IMG/VR virus record: IMGVR_UViG_3300027861_000018
Coordinates: 1-64,000 of that record
Source of the DNA: a virus
Strand: one strand, 5' to 3'
DNA: 64,000 bases
Shown: positions 56,143-64,000 of the stretch, piece after piece
How positions within the stretch are numbered: the stretch's first letter is position 1
Layout: every line of letters starts with the position of its first letter
Notes under the pieces: model-generated
The model's database searches: none
Seen by the model: only the letters and a program-made list of their open reading frames with translations
What the model was told of the DNA's origin: nothing
Made by a program: the position numbers and the translations under genes

Positions 56143-56373
56143 TTACCCCCGGTTGCCTCGATTGGCCTTGGCCTTTGCCCTTGCGTCTTTCAGATGCTTG
56201 TCTTCTGCGAGCTTCTGCTCATACAGGCGCTTGAGATGCCAGCGCCGAGTGTGGCTGTCCATCTGTTCGCAATGCAGCGAATTGAAGTGACCCCCGTATG
56301 TCAATGCAAAGACCTCCTCATTCAGCTGCTCCGCTGGGGCTACAGGGAAGCAGCTCCAAAGAAAAAATCCCAA
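56143..56373 (-). CDS. tail assembly chaperone, frameshifted C-terminal part (gpT-like)
   Basis: -1 frame overlapping the chaperone end, directly before the tape measure gene. Confidence 0.7.
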   Translation of the reverse strand: MGFFLWSCFPVAPAEQLNEEVFALTYGGHFNSLHCEQMDSHTRRWHLKRLYEQKLAEDKHLKDARAKAKANRGNRG

Positions 56374-57206
56374 TCCCAGTTGATCGGAATCCGCAGCTCA
56401 GTTCCGCACTCCGGACATTCTGGCTCCAGCGTCATGTCTGGACCAGGCACGCAATCATCGAGTGCCTTTGTGATGTGCTCAATATCATACTTGGACATGG
56501 TGTCAATGACGTGCTCTGTGAGCGGCGTTGTCCCGTCCCCAAGCTGGCGAATGCAGCTGGCTATCACGCGCACCTTGACCATCACAGCATTGGTGCGACC
56601 AGTCTTGCGGGTGATGCCCAACATGCACTCCCAGCGCGGGGGCTGGAGCACGGCGCTCTTGATGCGGTCGCCATCCTTGCCCATCAAACCATGGCGCATC
56701 TCATGGCGCCATGAGATAGCCTCCGGACCTGTGACCACTTTGACATCACCCATCGCCAGGTCACCCACATACTTCCACTTGTGGGAACAAGTTGGGCACG
56801 TGCAGCTGGCGCTGAGCTCATCTCCCAGAGCCTCCCGGCGCAAGCTGAAATACGCATACAGCACATCTGGCAACCACATTCGTTGAATCACCAGCTTACG
56901 CTGTTGGTGGTTGAGTGCTTGGAAGTCAGCGTGAGGCCCGAGCACCGTGAGGACCGTTGACAGCACCTCCACCACATATTCAGCTGATGCTCTGGTCTTC
57001 TTCCTCTTCAGGGCAAGCTCGCGCTCGATGGCCAGATCATAGACCTTGAACCCAAAGCTGCGATGGAGCTCACCGCCGTCCAAGATGCCGATGGGAAGTT
57101 GCTCACCCCACATCTGGAAAGTGGTCTGGTCATGACCCTCGAAGCCATCGGTTGTCGGCAACGGGGCCTGTTCAGCCGCCGCATTGAGCTTCTGTACTGC
57201 TGCCAT
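56340..57206 (-). CDS. tail assembly chaperone (gpG-like; T4 gp26-like Zn motifs)
   Basis: Between tube and tape measure; CPTC, PGPDM...ECPECG...DFF. Confidence 0.8.
   Translation of the reverse strand: MAAVQKLNAAAEQAPLPTTDGFEGHDQTTFQMWGEQLPIGILDGGELHRSFGFKVYDLAIERELALKRKKTRASAEYVVEVLSTVLTVLGPHADFQALNHQQRKLVIQRMWLPDVLYAYFSLRREALGDELSASCTCPTCSHKWKYVGDLAMGDVKVVTGPEAISWRHEMRHGLMGKDGDRIKSAVLQPPRWECMLGITRKTGRTNAVMVKVRVIASCIRQLGDGTTPLTEHVIDTMSKYDIEHITKALDDCVPGPDMTLEPECPECGTELRIPINWDWDFFFGAASL
56361..56367 (-). other. programmed -1 ribosomal frameshift site T TTT TTC
   Basis: GAT TTT TTC in the chaperone frame; a -1 slip enters the 56143 ORF. Confidence 0.75.
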
Positions 57207-57311
57207 GCTATTCTGCTCCTCAGATGCGCCTGATGGCGTCTGTTGGGGTAAGGGTTGGGCGCAAACCCCGAAGCACAGAGCGTGTTGCTGTGCTGGCGGG
57301 GCGTGGTGTCA

Positions 57312-57755
57312 TCAGATTGGGAACAAGCTGTCCACCTGGAAGGTCCACTCAAGGACGGCCATGTCACCAGCGTTCTCAAAGTCCAGGTCAGGCGTCTTCC
57401 GCTTGCTGGGCCACATGCCGGTGAAGCTGTATGTCTTGATGAGGGCGCCTGTTCCAGAAGTCAAGACCAAGGTGCCTGGCTTCTTTGCAGTTGAACTGAT
57501 GGGGTCTTGGCACTCCTCAAACCAGACTTCCATCGCCAGCACTTCAGCAAGATGGTGCAACGGCTGCTCGCCGGTGAACTCGGTTGCCTGAGCATTGCCG
57601 CCTGGCGACCGGGTGCGGTCAGGCAGGTCCACCACATCAACGGCATATTCCAGCCCGCTCAATTTGGTGAAAGTGATGAGAGGCATGCCCACAACGATCA
57701 ATGTGTACTTATTGACCGGGATGTGATCTGCCTGGAGGACCTGCTTGATGCCCAT
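57312..57755 (-). CDS. tail tube protein (T4 gp19-like)
   Basis: F.KLSGL, KKPGTLVL...YSF.GMWPSK...DLD; GGAG SD before ATG 57755. Confidence 0.88.
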   Translation of the reverse strand: MGIKQVLQADHIPVNKYTLIVVGMPLITFTKLSGLEYAVDVVDLPDRTRSPGGNAQATEFTGEQPLHHLAEVLAMEVWFEECQDPISSTAKKPGTLVLTSGTGALIKTYSFTGMWPSKRKTPDLDFENAGDMAVLEWTFQVDSLFPI

Positions 57756-57844
57756 GATCCAGCTCCTATTTGGGTCTTGGCGAGCAGACCCGCCAGGAGG
57801 TTGATGCATTGCCGGCCCGACTAGGCCGGCAAGCGAAATGCGTG

Positions 57845-60607
57845 TCAGCCAAGGTCCTCAAAGATGCCAGCCTTGCCGATGCGAATGTTGAAGCGCTCGA
57901 CAGTGTCAGCCAATCGCAGCTTGATGTCTGCGTACAGGTCACCATTGGCGGCGGTCAAGTTGGTGTTGTTGTCTTCATCAATCTTGATGCTGACAGCTTG
58001 CTCAAACTTGTCACCCCGCAGCGCGCGCTTCTGCCACTCTGGCAGGAAGAAAGCCCTGAAGGTTGTGATCAGCCCTTGACGGGTGATCTGGTCATTGATG
58101 GCGAACACAATGAAGTCGAACTGATCCCTGAAGATGTTCTCATAGTGAGACAGCTGCTCACGCTGGTGCTTCCATCTCCACCCCGGGTCAGAGCTGATGG
58201 TGCGGTCGCCCCAGATCACGAAGTTGCCCTTGACCTTCTTGATGACGCCGATTCCCACCGGGTTCAACACTTCTTCGCTGAGCACGCGCTCGCCAGTTGG
58301 GAGCTTGGCCACATTGGGCAGGGTGACATCAATGCCGGCCGCCGCCTTGTGATAGCCGCCATAATTCTTGGCAACCAGGGCTTCGCGACCATGAATGGAG
58401 CCGGTCAGCGTGCGCACAACCAAGCCTGAGCCGGTCGGATTGGGCACATATCCATAGCTGGGATATGAGCACACCCCGAAGTCATTGCGGCCGATGGTGT
58501 CATTGATCCAGGCAACGGCGGCAGAATCGTCATCCAGGGTGTCCACGAACTCAACGCGGTACTGGTAGTTGGCAAATTCAGCATATGCCAAACCTGCCTT
58601 CTGGATGGCTGAAGCAGTCTTGGCCGGCGTGGCCAGCTTCACCAATCCGAGATTGCGACCAACCAGCCTGTTGATGACCGACGTGCTGGTGTTGTAGTGC
58701 TGGGTGTAATCAGCGTCTGCCGGATCATCGCCGTCATAGCCGTCGCGCAGGAATGTCGGTGCCTGAACTCTGAACTCGGCGCCCAGGGTGCCAAGCGCAG
58801 AGTCGCCGGCCGTGACGCCCAGATTGGCCACCGTAGTTTCAACGACCAAGAAGCTGTCATATCCAGCATTGACATCGTCGCCGCCATCATCCGTGCTGAG
58901 GTCAACCGAATCTGCTGGCGAAGTCTGCACCGTGGCAATGTCGCCTGCCGAACTGGTTGCAGTCTGCCATTGGGTATTGATTTCTGCCACAAGCGCCGCT
59001 GCGCTGGCGAACGGAGCATTGGTTGTGACATCCACCGTCACCTTCCCAAAGTGACTGTGGATCACGTCCAAGTCAGCCGACGGAGTCAGCGCAAAAGTCA
59101 GCGTGCCTGTGTTGGTGACATTCCCTGCCGCCGTTGCCGTGACAGCCTCATCCGGCGCAGCGGCAGGTGCGCTGGTAAGCGTGATGGTGTCATTGGTGTT
59201 GTCTTCGATGCGCAGACGTGACCGCTTGTTGGTATCGATGTCATAGTACAACCAGCCGCCAGCCAGCATACCGTCGCCATTCTCGTCGACAGGGAAGGGG
59301 CGCACATCGATGACGAAGGTATCGCCATCAGCCAGGCCGCCGTCGCCCTGGTGGACCAGGAAGCCGATGGTGTGCTGGTTGGATGCGGCGTATGCCGTGC
59401 CAATGGTGCCATTGGGGAGGTCAACATGATCTCCGCCATATGCGACATCAGATGCCACGGTGAACGTCGTGCCACTTCCGGTGATTGTCACCGTCAGGCG
59501 TTGGGGCACAATTCGATCAGCCAAGCTGGCGTCACTGGGCTTGGTCCAGTTGTCAATCCAGCCGCCATCAGCCGTCGCAAATGCAGCGGACTGGACGTGT
59601 GCGAATTGAGCTGTGAGGATGTTTGACGACCAATCCAGCGCCCAACCGCTGAAGTTGGACGGGCGAGTGCGAACCCCGATGCTGCCGCCATACACGACGG
59701 TCGCATCAACCCACTCATTTGACGCGTCCTGATTGACCACATTCTCGATGTAGTATTTGTGCACAGGGTCCAGGGACAAGTCGCTGTAGTCAGCCACCTT
59801 CACGCCATTCTCCCACAACTCCATCCCAAAGAAGTTGTCCTCATCTTCTTGGCCATTCTTCCACACGACCGCCAAGCCCTTCTTGGTGCCGGCCACGCTT
59901 GCTGGGAATGTCAATTCCTCAACAGGAAGCCACAGAGTGTAGCCGTCTGCGGCAGGAGTAGCGCCCGCGGCGAGGTCGGCGGCCATGGTACTGTCCGACT
60001 CGACGGTGAGCACGCCTGCCGTGCTGTTGCTGAGCACCGTGTATGTCTTCCCTGTGACACCCTCCAAGGCCAAGGTGGCTCCAGCCCACTCATCCGCCAG
60101 GAAGGTTGACGCCGTGTCGAGGGTGGTGGCCGTAATGTCGGTGGCTACCACGGCAACGTCGCCGGTGTGAACGCGCTCACGCCCGCCCCAGCGTCCACCG
60201 CTCTTGGTGGCGAGGGTGAGCATGACGTCTTGCACATCTCCCCAAGTGACGTCAGCCTTGCGACCATATGCGAAACCATGGCCGCCCTTCCGACCAAAGG
60301 CCGCATCATTGCTCTTCACCTCTGTGCCATCCGTGACGCGAACAACATACAGCTGCCCTGCACCCTGCCCCAGATTGAAGAAGTCGAAGGCGCAATCGGG
60401 CAACTCACTGCCTGTGTAATAGCTTCCCAGCTTCTTCTTGAATGCTGTGAGGCCAGGCGCATGAATGATTTCACCCACCTCGCCCTTTTCTGTCTGACCC
60501 ACGTAGCAGGTAATGCCAGTGGGCGCAGGAGACAGGGTCTTGTCGGGCGGCGTCTCGATGACGACAACACCGGCTCCGAGGGTAGGTCCAAAGCGGCGAA
60601 CGCCCAT
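57845..60607 (-). CDS. contractile tail sheath protein
   Basis: GVVVIE, YVGQTEKG, FFNLG.G..YVVRV, HKAAAG, LNPVGI..I, WGDRT, VFAIND. Confidence 0.93.
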   Translation of the reverse strand: MGVRRFGPTLGAGVVVIETPPDKTLSPAPTGITCYVGQTEKGEVGEIIHAPGLTAFKKKLGSYYTGSELPDCAFDFFNLGQGAGQLYVVRVTDGTEVKSNDAAFGRKGGHGFAYGRKADVTWGDVQDVMLTLATKSGGRWGGRERVHTGDVAVVATDITATTLDTASTFLADEWAGATLALEGVTGKTYTVLSNSTAGVLTVESDSTMAADLAAGATPAADGYTLWLPVEELTFPASVAGTKKGLAVVWKNGQEDEDNFFGMELWENGVKVADYSDLSLDPVHKYYIENVVNQDASNEWVDATVVYGGSIGVRTRPSNFSGWALDWSSNILTAQFAHVQSAAFATADGGWIDNWTKPSDASLADRIVPQRLTVTITGSGTTFTVASDVAYGGDHVDLPNGTIGTAYAASNQHTIGFLVHQGDGGLADGDTFVIDVRPFPVDENGDGMLAGGWLYYDIDTNKRSRLRIEDNTNDTITLTSAPAAAPDEAVTATAAGNVTNTGTLTFALTPSADLDVIHSHFGKVTVDVTTNAPFASAAALVAEINTQWQTATSSAGDIATVQTSPADSVDLSTDDGGDDVNAGYDSFLVVETTVANLGVTAGDSALGTLGAEFRVQAPTFLRDGYDGDDPADADYTQHYNTSTSVINRLVGRNLGLVKLATPAKTASAIQKAGLAYAEFANYQYRVEFVDTLDDDSAAVAWINDTIGRNDFGVCSYPSYGYVPNPTGSGLVVRTLTGSIHGREALVAKNYGGYHKAAAGIDVTLPNVAKLPTGERVLSEEVLNPVGIGVIKKVKGNFVIWGDRTISSDPGWRWKHQREQLSHYENIFRDQFDFIVFAINDQITRQGLITTFRAFFLPEWQKRALRGDKFEQAVSIKIDEDNNTNLTAANGDLYADIKLRLADTVERFNIRIGKAGIFEDLG

Positions 60608-60611
60608 GGTG

Positions 60612-61940
60612 TTACTCCGTGATATCGATGGTTTGAGATGTGGCGCCCACCTGGGTCACAATTTTGCCAGTGCTGACGCCATAGCCCTGTCCATCGCTGC
60701 TTGGGCCCGCGACGATTGCAGGCCTGTTCCAGTTGTTGATGTCCAGAAGGCGGAAAGACATGCTTGCCGTGTGAAGCCCAGAAAAGCCGGGCGTGGATGT
60801 GCGATTGAAGGTCTTTGTGACTACCAGCGTGGCTCGCTCACCTGTCTGCGCTGACTGCGGCGCCATGTTCGTATCCATCCAGTTGACCACCTCTGCCACC
60901 ATCCTCTGAAGGTCAATCGCAAGCGGTGCGCGTGCTTCCAAGCTGAAGTCGATGTGTGCACGCCTTGGTGATGGGAGTATAACTCCAACGGGTGGTGACG
61001 CGTAGATGTTCATGATGTGGGAATCCCCACCACCAACCCCGTGGTCCACTGTGTCAATGTCGGCGAACACCAGCGATGGCGTCGAAGCATCATCCTCATA
61101 GTCCATGTCTGTCTGGACGGCGACGGGTGGCGCATACTTGGCTCTGATCAAGATGTCGTCGCCGAGGGTGGGCGCGCCAGTCAGCGTGATGACTCCTGCC
61201 GCAAAACTGGAAAGTATGCTTGAGCGCGCCTTAGGGTCTGACGTGAGATTCCACACCCCGTCAATGCTATCCACGCTCGCGACCCAAGCAGCATAATCAT
61301 CGCCAAACACGTCAGCCAGGGTGATGGTTGACGTTCCGTCGCTGGCTGCCCGGATGTCTGTCATTGGGCGAATTGTATCCTGGAGCTGGGCAACCACTGT
61401 GCCATAAATCCAATCTTCAATGAAGTCTGGAAGAGACAGCGTGCACAGCAGCAACACCTCGGTCACGCTGGGCGTGTAGTCTCGGTCCGTGGTCTGAAGA
61501 TTGAGCACCACCCCAAGTGCCGTGTCCGGATTCCACGTAGGCAAGTTGGTATTGATGTCTTCAATCGTATTCCAATCACTCGCGCCGGCCGCCGACCAAG
61601 CTGCGCCATCCCAATAGTAGTGAGTCGTGCCGTCCCAAAGTCTGCCCTGGATCGTGGTAACTTGATTGAGGTCCAGGTCCTTGGGTGACTCCCCAATTAT
61701 CTGGATCATGTCCCACGTGACCAACTGACCGATAGAATGGGTCGGAAGCGCAACATACAAATCAGCGTCAGTGGGGTAGCCCTCTCCCAAGCTGTCGCCT
61801 ATGTCTGCTGGGATGAGCCTGATGAGTCTTTCACGCGGGATAGCCCGCAACTTCGTGTAGTCGCTGGTTGTCGCGTCACCCACCATTTTGGAATCAAAAT
61901 GGTGACACTTCAGCAACCTCTTTGTCGTGGTCGTGCTCAT
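60612..61940 (-). CDS. putative tail terminator with extra N-terminal domain
   Basis: Immediately before the sheath gene; function from synteny. Confidence 0.6.
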   Translation of the reverse strand: MSTTTTKRLLKCHHFDSKMVGDATTSDYTKLRAIPRERLIRLIPADIGDSLGEGYPTDADLYVALPTHSIGQLVTWDMIQIIGESPKDLDLNQVTTIQGRLWDGTTHYYWDGAAWSAAGASDWNTIEDINTNLPTWNPDTALGVVLNLQTTDRDYTPSVTEVLLLCTLSLPDFIEDWIYGTVVAQLQDTIRPMTDIRAASDGTSTITLADVFGDDYAAWVASVDSIDGVWNLTSDPKARSSILSSFAAGVITLTGAPTLGDDILIRAKYAPPVAVQTDMDYEDDASTPSLVFADIDTVDHGVGGGDSHIMNIYASPPVGVILPSPRRAHIDFSLEARAPLAIDLQRMVAEVVNWMDTNMAPQSAQTGERATLVVTKTFNRTSTPGFSGLHTASMSFRLLDINNWNRPAIVAGPSSDGQGYGVSTGKIVTQVGATSQTIDITE

Positions 61941-62566
61941 ATCTTGAACCGCTCCCCGGCAAGCCCAGCCGACCAAGCCTTGAGCCAATTGCGACCAATG
62001 CGACGCTTGATTGACTCATCATCCATAGTTTGCGCAATGAAAGGGCGCGCAGGGATGCGGATGTGGGTAGTGGACTCCCTAAGAGCGCGCCAACCGCCTG
62101 GGCGCCTGCGATACAGCTCTGCGGCCCTGCCTGTGAGCTCTGACTCTGATCGGTTGCCTGCGCTCACATCAGCCAGATAGCCGAACATCGTGCGCATCTT
62201 CTGAGTCACCTTGATGCGGCCGCCATCGTGAAGCATCCGGGCATAGTCCGCCTCTGGGTTGCCCTTCCGCACCCCAATCTCTGCCGTGTAGTGGTCAATC
62301 ACAACGCTTGTGATTGCCTTGAACAACTCCCCGCTATCCACGCCTGGCTTGCTTGAGCCCTTGATCATGACAGTCAATGGCGCATTGGCAGGGTTGAGTC
62401 CCCTCTGAAGGGTGCGTCTGATCTCTTTGCGTACGATGGCGCCGTTGGCTCTTGTGGCATTGCCCATCTCACGGGCGATGCGACCTGAGGCCACGGCCGG
62501 GCTCATGATGGCGGTCAACTTTGACCACGGGCCAGTGAGGGTGATGGATGCGACCTTGGCCATCAC
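61937..62566 (-). CDS. tail completion / virion morphogenesis protein
   Basis: NAPLT..IKGSSKP.VDSGEL..AIT, YARMLHDG, IPARPFI. Confidence 0.82.
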   Translation of the reverse strand: MMAKVASITLTGPWSKLTAIMSPAVASGRIAREMGNATRANGAIVRKEIRRTLQRGLNPANAPLTVMIKGSSKPGVDSGELFKAITSVVIDHYTAEIGVRKGNPEADYARMLHDGGRIKVTQKMRTMFGYLADVSAGNRSESELTGRAAELYRRRPGGWRALRESTTHIRIPARPFIAQTMDDESIKRRIGRNWLKAWSAGLAGERFKI

Positions 62567-62955
62567 GTCCTCCTGGGTTGCTGGCTGCTGTAACGGATCA
62601 ACACGAGCGTGTTGGCGCCATCCAGGTGACCCTTGTCTGTCGTCCCTGTGACATATACGGCGGTTGCGCGTGAGCCAATGACTGTGATCTTGTCCCCATT
62701 CTTGGGCACATATGACTCATCGTCAAGCATCCACTGACGAGTGATCACATATCCCGTTGTGGACTTCTCCTCTCCAGACCTGTCATAGCCGCGCGATTGG
62801 CGGCGTGTCTGGCTGTGCTGCGCATCGAAAGTGACGCTGGCGCCCCTGCTCACTCCCTTCACCGGCTCGCGAGCGCGCGCATTGTATGCGGTGGATGCCT
62901 CGTCCAGAGGCACGACCGTTATGCTGACCGGGCTGATGAGAGGAAGGTTGGCCAC
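62563..62955 (-). CDS. head closure (stopper) protein
   Basis: Size, PKNGDKI motif and synteny. Confidence 0.6.
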   Translation of the reverse strand: MANLPLISPVSITVVPLDEASTAYNARAREPVKGVSRGASVTFDAQHSQTRRQSRGYDRSGEEKSTTGYVITRQWMLDDESYVPKNGDKITVIGSRATAVYVTGTTDKGHLDGANTLVLIRYSSQQPRRT

Positions 62956-62958
62956 GAA

Positions 62959-63999
62959 TCACACCACCGCGATGCTGATGGGCGCACGATAATTCTTGAT
63001 GATTTGCTCGACCTCTGGCGTCAATGCCAAAGCATCGCTCAAACCGACCGTGGAACTGAGCGTATCCCACTCTTGCTCATGCCTGTCCACGCGCAAACGC
63101 TTGAGCGGTCCGGGCGATGAAGCACTGCTGGTGCTGCCCGTGGTGAGGCGTGACGCCATCCCAAACACCATTGCCATGGTTGCTCGACGGATAGGCCCAG
63201 GCGTTGTCCCGTCAGGCTCCAGAAAGCCGAACACGCCGCCGATGTCTTGGTTGGCCGCGCCCTCCCCGAAGTACCCAGGATAACCTGGACGACCGCCTGA
63301 ATAGATGGACGGCGTTGCCACCATCTCAATCTTGGGATTGCGACGGTGATCTGCCTGAAGCCAGATTGGGCCCTTGCGATTGATTGGCGACGCATATGCG
63401 TGGTAACTGTCTGCGTCCAATTCCTGGGAGCTGAAATTGGCCTTGATGTAGTCGATTCCGATGATGGGCACAGGAAAGTGAAGCCGCGGGCTGCCCGTGC
63501 CGTCCATCTTGAATGTCTGATATACCGGCCTGAAGGGCTGCTTGCACAGCCGATCAATGAGTTGTTGCGCATAGATGAGCAGCTCCAACATCCAAGCATC
63601 AGCGACGGTCACAGCACTCAATCCTTCAGCACGAAGCTCGTTGGGACTCACATAGCTCCAGACGCCCAATCCCAAAGCTGCGTCGCTGATGTAAAATACC
63701 TGCTCCCACGACAGCGTTGCTGCGCTGTTGTCAGGGTCTGTGTACCACCATTTGATGCTGTGCTTTCCTTCATTGGGCGTGGCCCATGATGTGCCTGGCG
63801 TCAGCCCGACTGAAAGTGTCACATCCTTGGCCGGGAACACCCCTGTGAAGTCGCCTTCACTGGACACATCCTCCCTGCCTGTGGCAGGAAAGACCTGCAC
63901 GGGGCTGCCGCTATCCCAATCATACACGACAAACTCAACAACAGTCGGGTCAAACAACTGACCCTCGCGATTCACGGCATGGAGCGCCAGGATGTCGCG
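62959..63999 (-). CDS. head-tail adaptor protein (probably 5'-partial)
   Basis: YVSPNELR...AQQLIDRLC.QPF...P.PIRRAT...VEQIIKNYR; frame stays open past 63975 to the window edge. Confidence 0.75.
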   Translation of the reverse strand, partial: RDILALHAVNREGQLFDPTVVEFVVYDWDSGSPVQVFPATGREDVSSEGDFTGVFPAKDVTLSVGLTPGTSWATPNEGKHSIKWWYTDPDNSAATLSWEQVFYISDAALGLGVWSYVSPNELRAEGLSAVTVADAWMLELLIYAQQLIDRLCKQPFRPVYQTFKMDGTGSPRLHFPVPIIGIDYIKANFSSQELDADSYHAYASPINRKGPIWLQADHRRNPKIEMVATPSIYSGGRPGYPGYFGEGAANQDIGGVFGFLEPDGTTPGPIRRATMAMVFGMASRLTTGSTSSASSPGPLKRLRVDRHEQEWDTLSSTVGLSDALALTPEVEQIIKNYRAPISIAVV

Positions 64000-64000
64000 G

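Noticed and set aside
54588-56234. 548-aa plus-strand ORF
   Set aside because: Antisense shadow of the tape measure gene; Ser/Ala/Pro-rich with no motifs, typical of GC-biased codon usage
45883-60607. Extracellular contractile injection system or tailocin
   Set aside because: Head-tail adaptor and stopper genes plus a full replication module indicate a genuine phage
1-64000. Alternative genetic code, tRNAs, CRISPR arrays, integrase
   Set aside because: Genes tile densely under the standard code with all three stops in use; none of these elements was seen by eye, though no scan was run

Overview
A 64-kb slice of a large, GC-rich (about 60%) tailed dsDNA phage with a contractile tail. Every credible gene lies on the minus strand, and most are translationally coupled. 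In transcription order (right to left) there are five blocks. (1) Head-tail joining, sheath, tube, a tail chaperone with a -1 frameshift, tape measure, baseplate, a beta-helix tailspike and an amidase endolysin (64-41 kb). (2) A replication module: UvsW-like helicase, putative initiator, DnaC-, DnaB- and DnaG-like proteins. (3) A MoxR/CobS-CobT pair and a phage sigma factor. (4) A nucleotide-chemistry operon running into DnaE: FAD oxidoreductase, an NTP-pyrophosphatase/HAD fusion, a divergent ThyX, a class III aminotransferase and a dNMP kinase. (5) HU, SSB, RecA, SbcCD, RuvC-like and two exonuclease genes, then small accessory genes. Two features stand out. The DnaE intein (21241-22131) has no in-frame endonuclease but hides a complete HNH endonuclease in a shifted reading frame with its own Shine-Dalgarno. 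The operon upstream of dnaE looks like an undescribed pathway for making a non-canonical, probably aminated, DNA nucleotide. Two families of promoter-like motifs were also read from the intergenic DNA. All calls come from motif recognition by eye; no database searches were run.
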